The notes: generated from the letters alone by a model not told the origin. Counted from the first letter of the stretch, positions 26,270 to 35,285 are shown. The stretch: DNA of 64,000 nucleotides from Eubacteriales bacterium (GCA_031553675.1 JAVBLF010000023.1:1437-65436), one strand, 5' to 3'. Translations and numbers: made by a program.

Positions 26270-28921
26270 ATGAAGACGAGTGATTCGGCAAAGCCGGGCG
26301 CGAGCGGTCGGCTGACGCCCATGATGCAGCAATACCTGTCGACGAAAGAGGAGAATCCGGATTGTCTCCTCTTTTTTCGGCTGGGCGATTTTTACGAGCT
26401 CTTTTTCGACGACGCGATCACGGCGTCGCGCGAACTCGAAATCACGCTGACCGGACGGGACTGCGGCCTGCCCGAGCGCGCCCCGATGTGCGGCGTGCCG
26501 CAAAAGGCCGTGACGGGGTATCTCAACCAGCTCATTCAAAAGGGCTATAAGGTCGCGATTTGCGAGCAGCTCACCGATCCGAAGGATTCGGAAGGCATTG
26601 TCGAGCGCGGCGTCGTCCGCATCGTGACGCCCGGCACAGCCGTTGAGGAGGGGCTTCTCGACCGCGACCGCAACCACTACATTGTCTCGATCTGCCATAG
26701 CGAAAAGGCGATCGGTCTGGCGAGCGCCGACGTGTCCACCGGCGCGTTCACGGTGATGGAGCTGACCGAAAACCCACGCGTCGAACTGTTCGACGAGCTG
26801 ACCCGCCTCGCCCCGAGCGAGATGATCGTCAACGGCGCTCTCAAAGAGGATGCGGCGTTTTTCGAGGCATTGCGGCGCATCGCCTTTGCCGACAGCTACG
26901 CCGATTGGGCCTTTCAGCTCGACACGGCGCGCAAAAACCTCGAGACGCATTTCGCCGTCGCGTCGCTGGCGTCCTTTGGCTGTGAGGGCATGGATGCGGG
27001 CGTGCGGGCGGCGGGGGCTTTGATGGCCTACCTCAACGAAACGCAGAAAAACGCCCTCGCCCACATCGGGAAACTCGCAGTCGAGACGCGGAGCCATTCG
27101 CTCATGCTCGACGCCGTGACCCGCCGCAACCTCGAGCTGACAAAACCGCTCAACGAGGGCAGCGGCAAACGCGCGACGCTCTTTGGCCTGCTCAACCGCA
27201 CCAAGACGGCCATGGGCGCGCGCATGCTCCGCGCTTGGATCGACCAGCCTCTCTTCGATAAGGACGCGATCGACGCGCGTTTGGACGCCGTTGACGCGCT
27301 CTTCCGCGACCCGATTTTGACCGGAAGCGTGCAGGAATCCCTGCAAGAGGTTTTCGACATCGAACGCCTCGCGGGGAAGATCGCCTACGCGAGCTTCAAC
27401 GCCCGCGACGCCCTCGCCCTGAAACGTTCCCTCGCCGCGTTGCCCGCCGTCCGCGACGCGCTGCAAAATGACCTGCCACCGATGCTTTGCGATCTTCGCG
27501 GCCAGATCGACCCGATGGAAGACATTTGCGATCTGCTCGAACGCGCGATCGCGCTCGACCCACCCGCGACGATCAAAGAAGGCGGGCTGATCAAAAGCGG
27601 CTACCACGAGCAGGTCGATGCCTACAGGGACGCGAGCAACCGCGCCGAAGAATGGTTGGCCGCCATCGAAATACGCGAGCGCGAGGCGACCGGCATCAAA
27701 AACCTGCGCATCGGCTTCAACAAAGTCTTCGGCTACTACATCGAAGTAACGAAATCCAACCTCGATCAGGTACCCTTCCGCTTCCAGCGCAAACAGACCC
27801 TGGCCAACTGCGAGCGCTTCATCACGCAGGAGCTCAAGGAACTCGAAAGCCAGATCCTCGGCGCGCAGGACAAGCTCGTCGCGCTCGAATACGAGCTTTT
27901 CGTCGCGCTTCGCGATCTCCTGACCGGAGAGATCGCCCGCTTCCAGCAGACGGCAAGCGCCATTGCCCAACTCGACGCGCTGCAATCGCTGGCCGCGTCC
28001 GCTGCCGAGTACGGCTACGCCCGCCCCGTCATCCACCTGGGCGACGCGATCGAGATCGCCGACGGACGCCACCCGATCGTCGAACGCATGGAAAAGGACC
28101 GCTTCGTCGCGAACGACAGCGCCCTCGACGACGGCCATCGCCTCATGATCATCACCGGCCCCAACATGGCCGGAAAGAGCACCTACATGCGCCAGGTCGC
28201 CCTGATCGCGATCATGGCGCAGATCGGCTCCTTCGTGCCCGCAACGAGCGCCCGCCTTCCCCTCATGGACCGCGTGTTTACCCGCGTCGGGGCGTCGGAC
28301 AACCTGGCCGGCGGACAATCGACCTTCATGGTCGAGATGACGGAGACGGCGCATATCCTCCGCAACGCGACGAAACGCTCCCTCGTGCTGCTCGACGAGA
28401 TCGGCAGGGGGACGAGCACCTTCGACGGCCTCAGCATCGCGTGGGCGGTCTGCGAGCACATCGCCGATCCCGTCTTGTGCGGCGCAAAAACGCTCTTCGC
28501 CACCCACTACCATGAACTGAGCGAGCTCGAAGGCATTCTGGACGGCGTCGTCAACTATCGCATCACGGCGAAAGAGGTCGGCGATGGCGTGGTTTTCTTG
28601 CGCAAAGTCGTGCGCGGCGGCACAGACAAGAGCTTCGGCATCCAGGTCGCGCGCTTGGCGGGCCTGCCCCAAAGCGTGATCGACCGCGCCCGCGAGATCC
28701 TCATCCGGTTGGAGGACGCCGATCTCAACCACCCGAAAGCCTCCGACACGCTGCTCGGCTTTGACCTCGTCGCCCAGGCCGAACACCTCGAGCGCAACGA
28801 AAACGCCCGCCAATCGGCCCTGATCCGTGACGTGGCCAACCTCGAAACCGACGCGATGACGCCGCTCGAGGCTTTGACCGTCCTCACCCAACTCAAAACC
28901 CAGGCCAAAGAGCTGCTATAG
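26270..28921 (+). CDS. mutS: DNA mismatch repair protein MutS
   Basis: TPMMQQYLSTKEENPDCLLFFRLGDFYELFFDDA at the N-terminus, Walker A GPNMAGKST, STFMVEM and LLDEIGRGTSTFDG. The ATG at 26270 follows GAGGAG. Confidence 0.95.
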   Translation: MKTSDSAKPGASGRLTPMMQQYLSTKEENPDCLLFFRLGDFYELFFDDAITASRELEITLTGRDCGLPERAPMCGVPQKAVTGYLNQLIQKGYKVAICEQLTDPKDSEGIVERGVVRIVTPGTAVEEGLLDRDRNHYIVSICHSEKAIGLASADVSTGAFTVMELTENPRVELFDELTRLAPSEMIVNGALKEDAAFFEALRRIAFADSYADWAFQLDTARKNLETHFAVASLASFGCEGMDAGVRAAGALMAYLNETQKNALAHIGKLAVETRSHSLMLDAVTRRNLELTKPLNEGSGKRATLFGLLNRTKTAMGARMLRAWIDQPLFDKDAIDARLDAVDALFRDPILTGSVQESLQEVFDIERLAGKIAYASFNARDALALKRSLAALPAVRDALQNDLPPMLCDLRGQIDPMEDICDLLERAIALDPPATIKEGGLIKSGYHEQVDAYRDASNRAEEWLAAIEIREREATGIKNLRIGFNKVFGYYIEVTKSNLDQVPFRFQRKQTLANCERFITQELKELESQILGAQDKLVALEYELFVALRDLLTGEIARFQQTASAIAQLDALQSLAASAAEYGYARPVIHLGDAIEIADGRHPIVERMEKDRFVANDSALDDGHRLMIITGPNMAGKSTYMRQVALIAIMAQIGSFVPATSARLPLMDRVFTRVGASDNLAGGQSTFMVEMTETAHILRNATKRSLVLLDEIGRGTSTFDGLSIAWAVCEHIADPVLCGAKTLFATHYHELSELEGILDGVVNYRITAKEVGDGVVFLRKVVRGGTDKSFGIQVARLAGLPQSVIDRAREILIRLEDADLNHPKASDTLLGFDLVAQAEHLERNENARQSALIRDVANLETDAMTPLEALTVLTQLKTQAKELL

Positions 28922-28953
28922 ACACACGCATCACCCTTATCCTGCACTCCCTT

Positions 28954-29087
28954 CCAATTTCGCGCGTCGCGTTGCGGCGCACGAAAGGGACGAACCCGAC
29001 TCGCCTCCCAATTTCGCGCGTCGCAGTGCGGCGCACGAAAGGGCAGTACGAACGTTTTTGCGCAGCTTTTTTCAAAAAGCGCGTTCC
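28954..29087 (-). repeat. Composite intergenic repeat element, copy 3 (inverted; B module duplicated with a 54-bp period)
   Basis: The reverse strand reads GGAACGCGC-A module (rc of 29054-29082, 29/29), B, AGGCGAGTC, B. It fills nearly the whole mutS-mutL spacer. Confidence 0.9.
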
Positions 29088-29094
29088 GATTGCT

Positions 29095-31023
29095 ATGGCA
29101 CAGATACGCATCCTCGATACCTTTACCGCCAACCGGATCGCGGCGGGGGAGGTGGTGGAAAGGCCGGCTTCGATCGTGAAGGAGCTGGTCGAGAACGCGA
29201 TCGACGCGGGCAGCACGTCGATCGGCGTGACGATTCGAAACGGCGGCATTGACCGCATCCAGGTCAGCGACAACGGCTGCGGCATCGAAGCAGAGGACAT
29301 GCCGCTCGCGTTTGCGCGCCACGCGACAAGCAAGATCGCGTCGCCGCATGACCTCGACGCGATCGCGACGCTGGGTTTTCGCGGCGAAGCGCTTTGTTCG
29401 ATCGCGGCCGTCGCGCAGGTCGAGCTCAAGTCGCGCCGAAAGGGCTGCGACGAAGGCTACCGCGTCCGCGTCGCGGCAGGTGACGTGCTCGAAGAAGGGC
29501 CGATCGGCTGTCCGGACGGCACAAGCCTCGACGTCATGCACCTGTTTTACAACACCCCTGCCCGCTTGAAATTCCTCAAAAAACCCGCGATCGAAGCCGG
29601 TGCGATCGGCGACATCGTGCTGCGCAGCATCCTCGCGCATCCGGAGATCGCGTTTTTGTACCGGGTACAAAGCAGCGAGGGCGCGGACGCGAAGACGGTC
29701 TACCACAGCGCGGGCGACGGCGATCTGCGCAACGCGATCTTTTGCGTCTATGGGCGCGAAACCGCCGAAGCCCTGCACGAGATCGATTTTCGGGGCGGTC
29801 GGGAAAAATCGATCGGCATTCGCGGCTACGTCTCGCGATCCGACGCCGCCAAAAGCACCCGTCAGTACCAGAGCTTTTTCGTCAACGGCCGCTATGTGCA
29901 GTCGCCGCTGCTTTCACGTGCGCTGCAAGAGGCCTTCGGCACCCGACTTATGGGCGGCCGATTCCCGCTTTGCGCCCTCCACATCGAGATCCCCTTTGAC
30001 GCCGTCGACGTCAACATCCACCCGCACAAGACCGCCGTGCGCTTCAAGGACGAAACCGCCGTCGCACAGGCCATGCGAAGCGCCATCGCCGATGCGCTGG
30101 GCGAACGCGCCGCCATCCCTTGGCGTGCGCCGTCCGAACGGAGCACTCCGGCATTCAAAAGCCGCATGCCCTCGATGCGCGACGATGCCGACGTGCCCCA
30201 AGTCAAGGCAAGCTGGACCGTCGTGCCGGAGGATACGCCACGCACTGAGACTGTGGCGCAATCGACGGCGATGGCACCCGAACGCCCCAAGCGTCCTGCC
30301 ATCGACGACGCGGCGCTCCGAAAGCTCGGCCTACCCGAAGAAGATCCGTCTGGCCTGCCGACGATCGCGATCGAAGCCAAACGGGGGCCGCAATACGCGC
30401 GCGAATCGACGGGCGTCCTGCCGCCCGACTTTGGGCTGCTGCGCGACCTACCGGCGCCTCTTTCCATACTGGGGCAGGCGTTCGGGACCTACGTCATCGC
30501 CGAACAGGGCGAGGCGCTCTACCTCGTCGACCAACACGCCGCGCACGAGCGCATGGTCTACGACGCCTGCTTGAAGGCCAACGGCAAGAGCGCCGCGCAA
30601 AGGCTGCTCATCCCGCAGGAAGTGACGCTCGAGCCGACGATGTTCGCCGTCTGGAGCGAAAACCGCGCACTGCTGGAAGCGATCGGCTTTCGATTCGACG
30701 GGTGCGACGCGCCGAACGCCGTCTCGCTTGCAGCGCTGCCGCAGTTCTTTGGCGCATCGGAAAGCACGTCTTTTTTGCTCGAGGCGCTTGAAGCGATCGC
30801 AGCAGGCCAGGATGCCGAAAACGCCCCCTCCAAACGCGAACGCCTGGCGGAATACGCGTGCAAGCACGCCGTTCGCGCCAAGGAAGTGTTGCGCGAAGAC
30901 GACATGCGCACACTCCTGGCGCGCTTCGACGAACTGGGCGAGTGGCATTGTCCGCACGGCAGGCCGATCGTCGTCCGCCTGACCAAAAACGAGATCGAAA
31001 AAATGTTTCGGAGAAAGCTTTGA
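29095..31023 (+). CDS. mutL: DNA mismatch repair protein MutL
   Basis: MAQIRILDTFTANRIAAGEVVERPASIVKELVENAIDAG is the canonical GHKL N-terminus. The ATG at 29095 has no obvious SD. The upstream in-frame part of ORF 28972.. is repeat-element sequence. Confidence 0.93.
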   Translation: MAQIRILDTFTANRIAAGEVVERPASIVKELVENAIDAGSTSIGVTIRNGGIDRIQVSDNGCGIEAEDMPLAFARHATSKIASPHDLDAIATLGFRGEALCSIAAVAQVELKSRRKGCDEGYRVRVAAGDVLEEGPIGCPDGTSLDVMHLFYNTPARLKFLKKPAIEAGAIGDIVLRSILAHPEIAFLYRVQSSEGADAKTVYHSAGDGDLRNAIFCVYGRETAEALHEIDFRGGREKSIGIRGYVSRSDAAKSTRQYQSFFVNGRYVQSPLLSRALQEAFGTRLMGGRFPLCALHIEIPFDAVDVNIHPHKTAVRFKDETAVAQAMRSAIADALGERAAIPWRAPSERSTPAFKSRMPSMRDDADVPQVKASWTVVPEDTPRTETVAQSTAMAPERPKRPAIDDAALRKLGLPEEDPSGLPTIAIEAKRGPQYARESTGVLPPDFGLLRDLPAPLSILGQAFGTYVIAEQGEALYLVDQHAAHERMVYDACLKANGKSAAQRLLIPQEVTLEPTMFAVWSENRALLEAIGFRFDGCDAPNAVSLAALPQFFGASESTSFLLEALEAIAAGQDAENAPSKRERLAEYACKHAVRAKEVLREDDMRTLLARFDELGEWHCPHGRPIVVRLTKNEIEKMFRRKL

Positions 31024-32012
31024 CATTGTTTGCGACAAAGAAAATCGCCGCGATCGTCGGCCCGACAGCCTGCGGCAAGACGGCGGTGTCGATCGAGGCC
31101 GCGAAACGGCTGGGCGCGGAGATCGTGTCGGCCGATTCCGTGCAGATCTACCGCGGGCTCGACATCGGCTCGGCCAAGCCCGACGATGCCGAACGAAGCG
31201 GCGTTCCCCACCACATGCTCGACGTCCTGCCGCCCGGACGCGACGGCTTTTCCGTTGCGGAATACCAGCGCATGGCGTTCGCCTGCATCGAGGACATCGC
31301 TTCGCGCGGCCAGATTCCGCTGATCGTCGGAGGGACGGGCCTGTATGTCGCATCGCTGACCCAGGCGATGGAGTTTACCGACGCCGTGAGCGACGAGACG
31401 TTTCGCGCCCAGTGGCTGCAACGCGAACGTGAGACCCCGTGCGCAGCCCACCGCGAACTGTCCCGCGTCGATCCGGCCTCGGCAGCCCGCCTCCACCCGA
31501 ACGACACCAAGCGCATCGTGCGGGCGCTCGAAATCCAGCACGCGACCGGCAAGACGATCGGCGAACATGCCGCCGCCGACCGCCAGCGTCCGCCGCGCTA
31601 TCCTTCGGTGATCGCCGGACTGACGATGCCACGCGCGATGCTCTACGAACGAATCGAAGCGCGCGTCGAGTCGATGCGGAACACAGGCCTCGTTCGGGAG
31701 GTCGAAGCGCTGCTGGAAAGCGGCGTCGATCCGGCCTCGACGTCCATGCAGGGCCTCGGCTACAAGGAAATCGCGCAAGCCCTTCTCACGACGCAGCCGG
31801 ACAGCCGCGAACGGGACGCCGCGATCGACGCGGCGTTTGCGCAGATCGTCCTCGGGACGCGCCACTACGCGAAGCGCCAGTGGACGTGGTTTCGGCGGGA
31901 TGCGCGCATTCGATGGTTTGACGTGAGTGAATACGAAAGCGTAGACGCCGTGGCAAAGGACGTGGCGGCGTACATGGCGCGGGATATGCAAGGGAGTGAA
32001 TCGCCACAATGA
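31020..32012 (+). CDS. miaA: tRNA dimethylallyltransferase MiaA
   Basis: The P-loop IVGPTACGKT lies upstream of the first ATG, so a TTG start (31020 or 31026) overlapping the mutL stop is required. Also has SADSVQIYRGLDIGSAKP and HHMLDV. Confidence 0.88.
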   Translation: MTLFATKKIAAIVGPTACGKTAVSIEAAKRLGAEIVSADSVQIYRGLDIGSAKPDDAERSGVPHHMLDVLPPGRDGFSVAEYQRMAFACIEDIASRGQIPLIVGGTGLYVASLTQAMEFTDAVSDETFRAQWLQRERETPCAAHRELSRVDPASAARLHPNDTKRIVRALEIQHATGKTIGEHAAADRQRPPRYPSVIAGLTMPRAMLYERIEARVESMRNTGLVREVEALLESGVDPASTSMQGLGYKEIAQALLTTQPDSRERDAAIDAAFAQIVLGTRHYAKRQWTWFRRDARIRWFDVSEYESVDAVAKDVAAYMARDMQGSESPQ

Positions 32013-33295
32013 GAGAGGAAAGCAAACGCTTTTTGCAAACCCGCTACGGCGCGAGCGAAGCGGCCATCGCGTGCGTCGAGGCGGCGGAACGCGACGTGCG
32101 GCCTCGCTTTGCCGCGATCGAGGACGTCGCCTTTCACAACGAGGCCAAGGTCTTGCGCGCCCTACAGGACGAACCCATCGCGCTGCGGCATTTCGCGCCG
32201 ACGACCGGTTACGGCTACGACGACGCCGGGCGCGACGCGCTCGACCGCGTCTTTGCGCGCGCGCTTGGCGCCGAGGATGCCCTGGTGCGGCCACAGTTCG
32301 CGTCGGGAACCCACGCGCTCGCCCTCGCGCTGACGGGGGTGCTCATGCCGGGCGACGAACTGCTCGTCGCGTCGGGCAAACCCTACGACACGCTCGAGGA
32401 GACGATCGGCTTGACGGGCGACGCTTGGGGTTCGCTGAAGCAATGCGGCGTCACCTACCGGCAGGCCGAACTCAACGAAGACGGCTCCCTCGACATCGGT
32501 GCGATCCTGTCGCAGTTGGGAGAGCGGACCAAGGTCGTATACTGGCAGCGTTCGCGTGGCTATGCCTGGCGAAACGCGCTGGACGTCGCGTCGATCGGAA
32601 GCGCGATCGAGGCCGTTCGCGCCGTCAAGCCGGACATCGTCGCGATCGTTGACAACTGCTACGGCGAATTCACCGAACTCCTCGAACCTTGCGATGTGGG
32701 CGCGGATCTGATCGCCGGATCGCTGATCAAAAACCCCGGTGGCGGCATCGCGCCGACCGGCGCTTACGTTGCGGGGCGATCGCTTTGGATCGAACGCGTG
32801 GCGAACCGTTTGACAGCCCCGGGTATCGGCCGCGAGGTCGGTTCCTATGCGGCGAGTTACGCGCCTTTTTTTCAGGGCCTTTTCCTGGCGCCGCAGACGA
32901 CAGCCGCCAGTCTCAAGGGTGCCGTTCTCGCCGCGCGCGTCTTCGAGATGCTCGGCCTCGATACGCTCCCGCCTTCCGAAGCCCCCCGCAGCGACATCAT
33001 CCAAGCCATCCGCTTCGACGATCGCGAACGCCTGATCCGATTTTGCCAAAGCATCCAGCGCGCCGCCCCGGTCGATAGCCACGTCACACCCGAACCGTGG
33101 GACATGCCCGGTTACCAGGATCCCGTGATCATGGCAGCGGGAGCCTTCATCCAGGGCGCGTCCATCGAGCTGAGCGCCGACGCCCCCGTGCGCGCGCCCT
33201 ACATCGCTTACATGCAGGGCGGCCTTTGCTACGACCACGTGAAGCTTGCCCTGATCCTCGCTTTGTCTGACATGGGGGAGGGACGCGCTTTCTGA
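32009..33295 (+). CDS. Methionine gamma-lyase-family / aluminium-resistance-family protein (YnbB-like)
   Basis: 428 aa with TTGYGYDDAGRDALDRVFA ... GTHAL, typical of this PLP-fold family as I recall it. ATGA overlap with the miaA stop. Confidence 0.7.
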   Translation: MREESKRFLQTRYGASEAAIACVEAAERDVRPRFAAIEDVAFHNEAKVLRALQDEPIALRHFAPTTGYGYDDAGRDALDRVFARALGAEDALVRPQFASGTHALALALTGVLMPGDELLVASGKPYDTLEETIGLTGDAWGSLKQCGVTYRQAELNEDGSLDIGAILSQLGERTKVVYWQRSRGYAWRNALDVASIGSAIEAVRAVKPDIVAIVDNCYGEFTELLEPCDVGADLIAGSLIKNPGGGIAPTGAYVAGRSLWIERVANRLTAPGIGREVGSYAASYAPFFQGLFLAPQTTAASLKGAVLAARVFEMLGLDTLPPSEAPRSDIIQAIRFDDRERLIRFCQSIQRAAPVDSHVTPEPWDMPGYQDPVIMAAGAFIQGASIELSADAPVRAPYIAYMQGGLCYDHVKLALILALSDMGEGRAF

Positions 33296-33360
33296 AAAAA
33301 GCTGCGCAAAAACGTTTGACAAACGGGAAACGCGCTTTTTGAAAAAAGCTGCGCAAAAAC
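33280..33360 (+). repeat. A-module repeats, copies 4 and 5 (tandem, 47-bp spacing)
   Basis: 33285-33313 matches 28/29 and contains the TGA stop of the ynbB-like gene. 33332-33360 matches 29/29. Each copy is followed by a TTGACA-containing sequence. Confidence 0.9.
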
Positions 33361-33470
33361 TTTTGACATTCGCTGAAAACGGCCGCCATGATGTGGGCGG
33401 CCGTTTCAAAACTTTCTTAGACCCGTCCGGAAACCCCATTCCGGACAGGTCTCTTGTGCGGCGTATACCG

Positions 33471-33512
33471 CAAAACCCGAAGCCCCCGCCATGCTTACGG
33501 CGGGGGCTTCGG
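33471..33512 (-). terminator. Strong hairpin, probable lexA terminator
   Basis: 14-bp stem CCGAAGCCCCCGCC/GGCGGGGGCTTCGG, followed on the minus strand by GTTTTG. Confidence 0.6.
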
Positions 33513-33621
33513 TGTTATGTTGTACCAAGGAGTTTGCTGTGAAAGAAAGTTCTGGTTGGGGATTCTCAAGGGACTTGTCCCTTGAGCGGGGCTTGGGGCA
33601 GCGCCCCAAAAGGACATCACG

Positions 33622-34242
33622 CTAGAAGATACGGAAAAGCCCGATGACCTTGCCGAGGATCGTGACGTCATTGACGTAGATCGGTTCCATGGTGGGGTTT
33701 TCGGGTTGGAGGCGGATGCGTTCGTCCTCCTTGAAGAAGCGCTTTACGGTGGCGCTGGCTTCGTCGCTGTTCTCCTCGGGGAGCATGGCGACGACGATGT
33801 CGCCGTTTTCGACGGCGCAGTCGGGCTGCACGATGATCTGGTCGCCATCGGAGATGCCGGCATCGATCATGCTGTCGCCCTTGACGTTGAGCAAAAAGGC
33901 GTTGGGGTAGGGGACGAACTCGGTCGGTAGCGAGACGAAGCACTGGACGTCCTGCTGGGCCAAGATCGGGGGGCCGGCCGTCACGCGCCCGATGACGGGC
34001 AGCGTCACTTGTCCGCTGCGGCGCTTTTGCAATTCGGGGATCTCGATCGCGCGCGGCTTGGTGGGGTCGCGACGAAGCAGGCCCTTGCGCTCCAAGCGCG
34101 CGAGGTGGCCGTGCACGGTCGAGGTCGAGCGCAGGCCGACGCCTTTGCAAATCTCCCGCACCGAAGGTGGGTAGCCCTTTTTCTCCTGGTACTTGACCAT
34201 GAAATCGTAAATGGCTTGTTGCGGCGCACTGAGTTTATCCAT
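33622..34242 (-). CDS. lexA: LexA repressor
   Basis: MDKLSAPQQAIYDFMVKYQEKKGYPPSVREICKGVGLRSTSTVHGHLARLERKGLL, an AG cleavage site (RVTAGPP), and the S24 peptidase motifs GDSM and KRF. Confidence 0.93.
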   Translation of the reverse strand: MDKLSAPQQAIYDFMVKYQEKKGYPPSVREICKGVGLRSTSTVHGHLARLERKGLLRRDPTKPRAIEIPELQKRRSGQVTLPVIGRVTAGPPILAQQDVQCFVSLPTEFVPYPNAFLLNVKGDSMIDAGISDGDQIIVQPDCAVENGDIVVAMLPEENSDEASATVKRFFKEDERIRLQPENPTMEPIYVNDVTILGKVIGLFRIF

Positions 34243-34294
34243 ACGCAAACCTCCTGACATTGTTGAGCGCGTAGGTAAAACAACGCTTGACCAC

Positions 34295-34323
34295 AGTATA
34301 CCACAACGGAAAGGCGAAATCAA
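34295..34323 (-). promoter_or_regulatory. lexA promoter
   Basis: The reverse strand reads TTGATT, a 17-nt spacer, then TGgTATACT (extended -10). Confidence 0.55.
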
Positions 34324-34350
34324 AACAAATGTTCGAAGAATTTGCGTTCG
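34322..34350 (-). promoter_or_regulatory. Two adjacent imperfect Cheo-type SOS boxes
   Basis: The reverse strand reads CGAACGCAAATTCT and CGAACATTTGTTTT, compared with the consensus CGAAC-N4-GTTCG. The second box abuts the -35. Confidence 0.6.
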
Positions 34351-34454
34351 TAATTTGCAAGGATGCCGGTGGGGAGACGGTTTCGCGAAACGCCGAAGGG
34401 TTTGGCGGGAAACCGATTTCGGCGGACTTACCAGAGGCGGGGAGGTGCGGAACG

Positions 34455-35285
34455 TCAATCCTCGCGATGCTCCGCGCGCGCGATGTAGCGGGCGTAGAGC
34501 TCGCTTGCGGGAAAGTTCGGATTCGCGAGGGCTTTGGCGGCGGCTTTGACGCGCTGTCCGCTTTGGACGAGCGCATCCATGCAGTCGAGCAGGCTTTCGA
34601 GAGAAGGTGCGTCGCTCGCTAGTGCGGAGGCGCCTTGCAGTACGATGACGCATTCGCCTTTGGGGGCATCGGCGAAGTGAGCGGCGAGTTCGGACAGCGT
34701 TCCGCGGATGCAAGATTCATGCATCTTGGTCAATTCCCGGCAGACGGCGGCGGGGCGATCGCCCATGGACGCTGCGAGAAGCGACAGGGTTTTCGGAAGG
34801 CGCAGGGGGCTTTCGTAGAGGATGGCGGTGCGCATTTCGGCAGCGAGGGCGGCGATGCGTTCCCCGCGGGCTTTTGTGTCGCGCGGGAGGAAGCCCTCGA
34901 ATGCGAAACGCTCGGAGGGCAGTCCGGACAGCACGAGCGCGGTCGTCGCGGCACAGGCGCCCGGAAGCACGGTCAGTTCTTGGCCAGCCTCGATCGCGGC
35001 GCGGACGATCACAGCACCCGGATCGCTGATGCCGGGGAGACCGGCGTCGGACACGAGGGCTATGTCCTTTCCCTCCCGAAGCATCGAGACGATCTGGACA
35101 CTGCGATCGCGCTCGTTGTGTTCGTGGCAGGAATGCAGGGGCTTTTTGATGCCGAGGTGGTTGAGCAGCGCGATGGTCCGGCGGGTATCCTCGGCGAAGA
35201 CGGCGTCGACCTGCTGCAATACGCGCACGGCGCGATACGTGATGTCCTCGAGATTCCCGATGGGTGTGGCGACGAGATAGAGCAT
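34455..35285 (-). CDS. rsmI: 16S rRNA (cytidine1402-2'-O)-methyltransferase RsmI
   Basis: MLYLVATPIGNLEDITYRAVRVLQQVDAVFAEDTRRT ... ALVSDAGLPGISDPG is colinear with E. coli RsmI. ATG 35285 follows GAGGTG; the track start GTG 35294 lies inside that RBS. Confidence 0.9.
   Translation of the reverse strand: MLYLVATPIGNLEDITYRAVRVLQQVDAVFAEDTRRTIALLNHLGIKKPLHSCHEHNERDRSVQIVSMLREGKDIALVSDAGLPGISDPGAVIVRAAIEAGQELTVLPGACAATTALVLSGLPSERFAFEGFLPRDTKARGERIAALAAEMRTAILYESPLRLPKTLSLLAASMGDRPAAVCRELTKMHESCIRGTLSELAAHFADAPKGECVIVLQGASALASDAPSLESLLDCMDALVQSGQRVKAAAKALANPNFPASELYARYIARAEHRED

Noticed and set aside
26015-28891. 958-aa minus-strand ORF
   Set aside because: It is exactly antisense to mutS, whose + strand translation has every MutS hallmark. 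The composition is low-complexity Arg/Ala/Gly/Glu/Asp. A shadow ORF.
28954-29087. Possible CRISPR array or minisatellite (54-bp periodic repeat)
   Set aside because: There are only two repeat units, the 'spacer' between them is shared with the 18.3-kb element (AGGCGAG), and no cas genes are present. It is better explained as a duplicated module of the dispersed repeat element.
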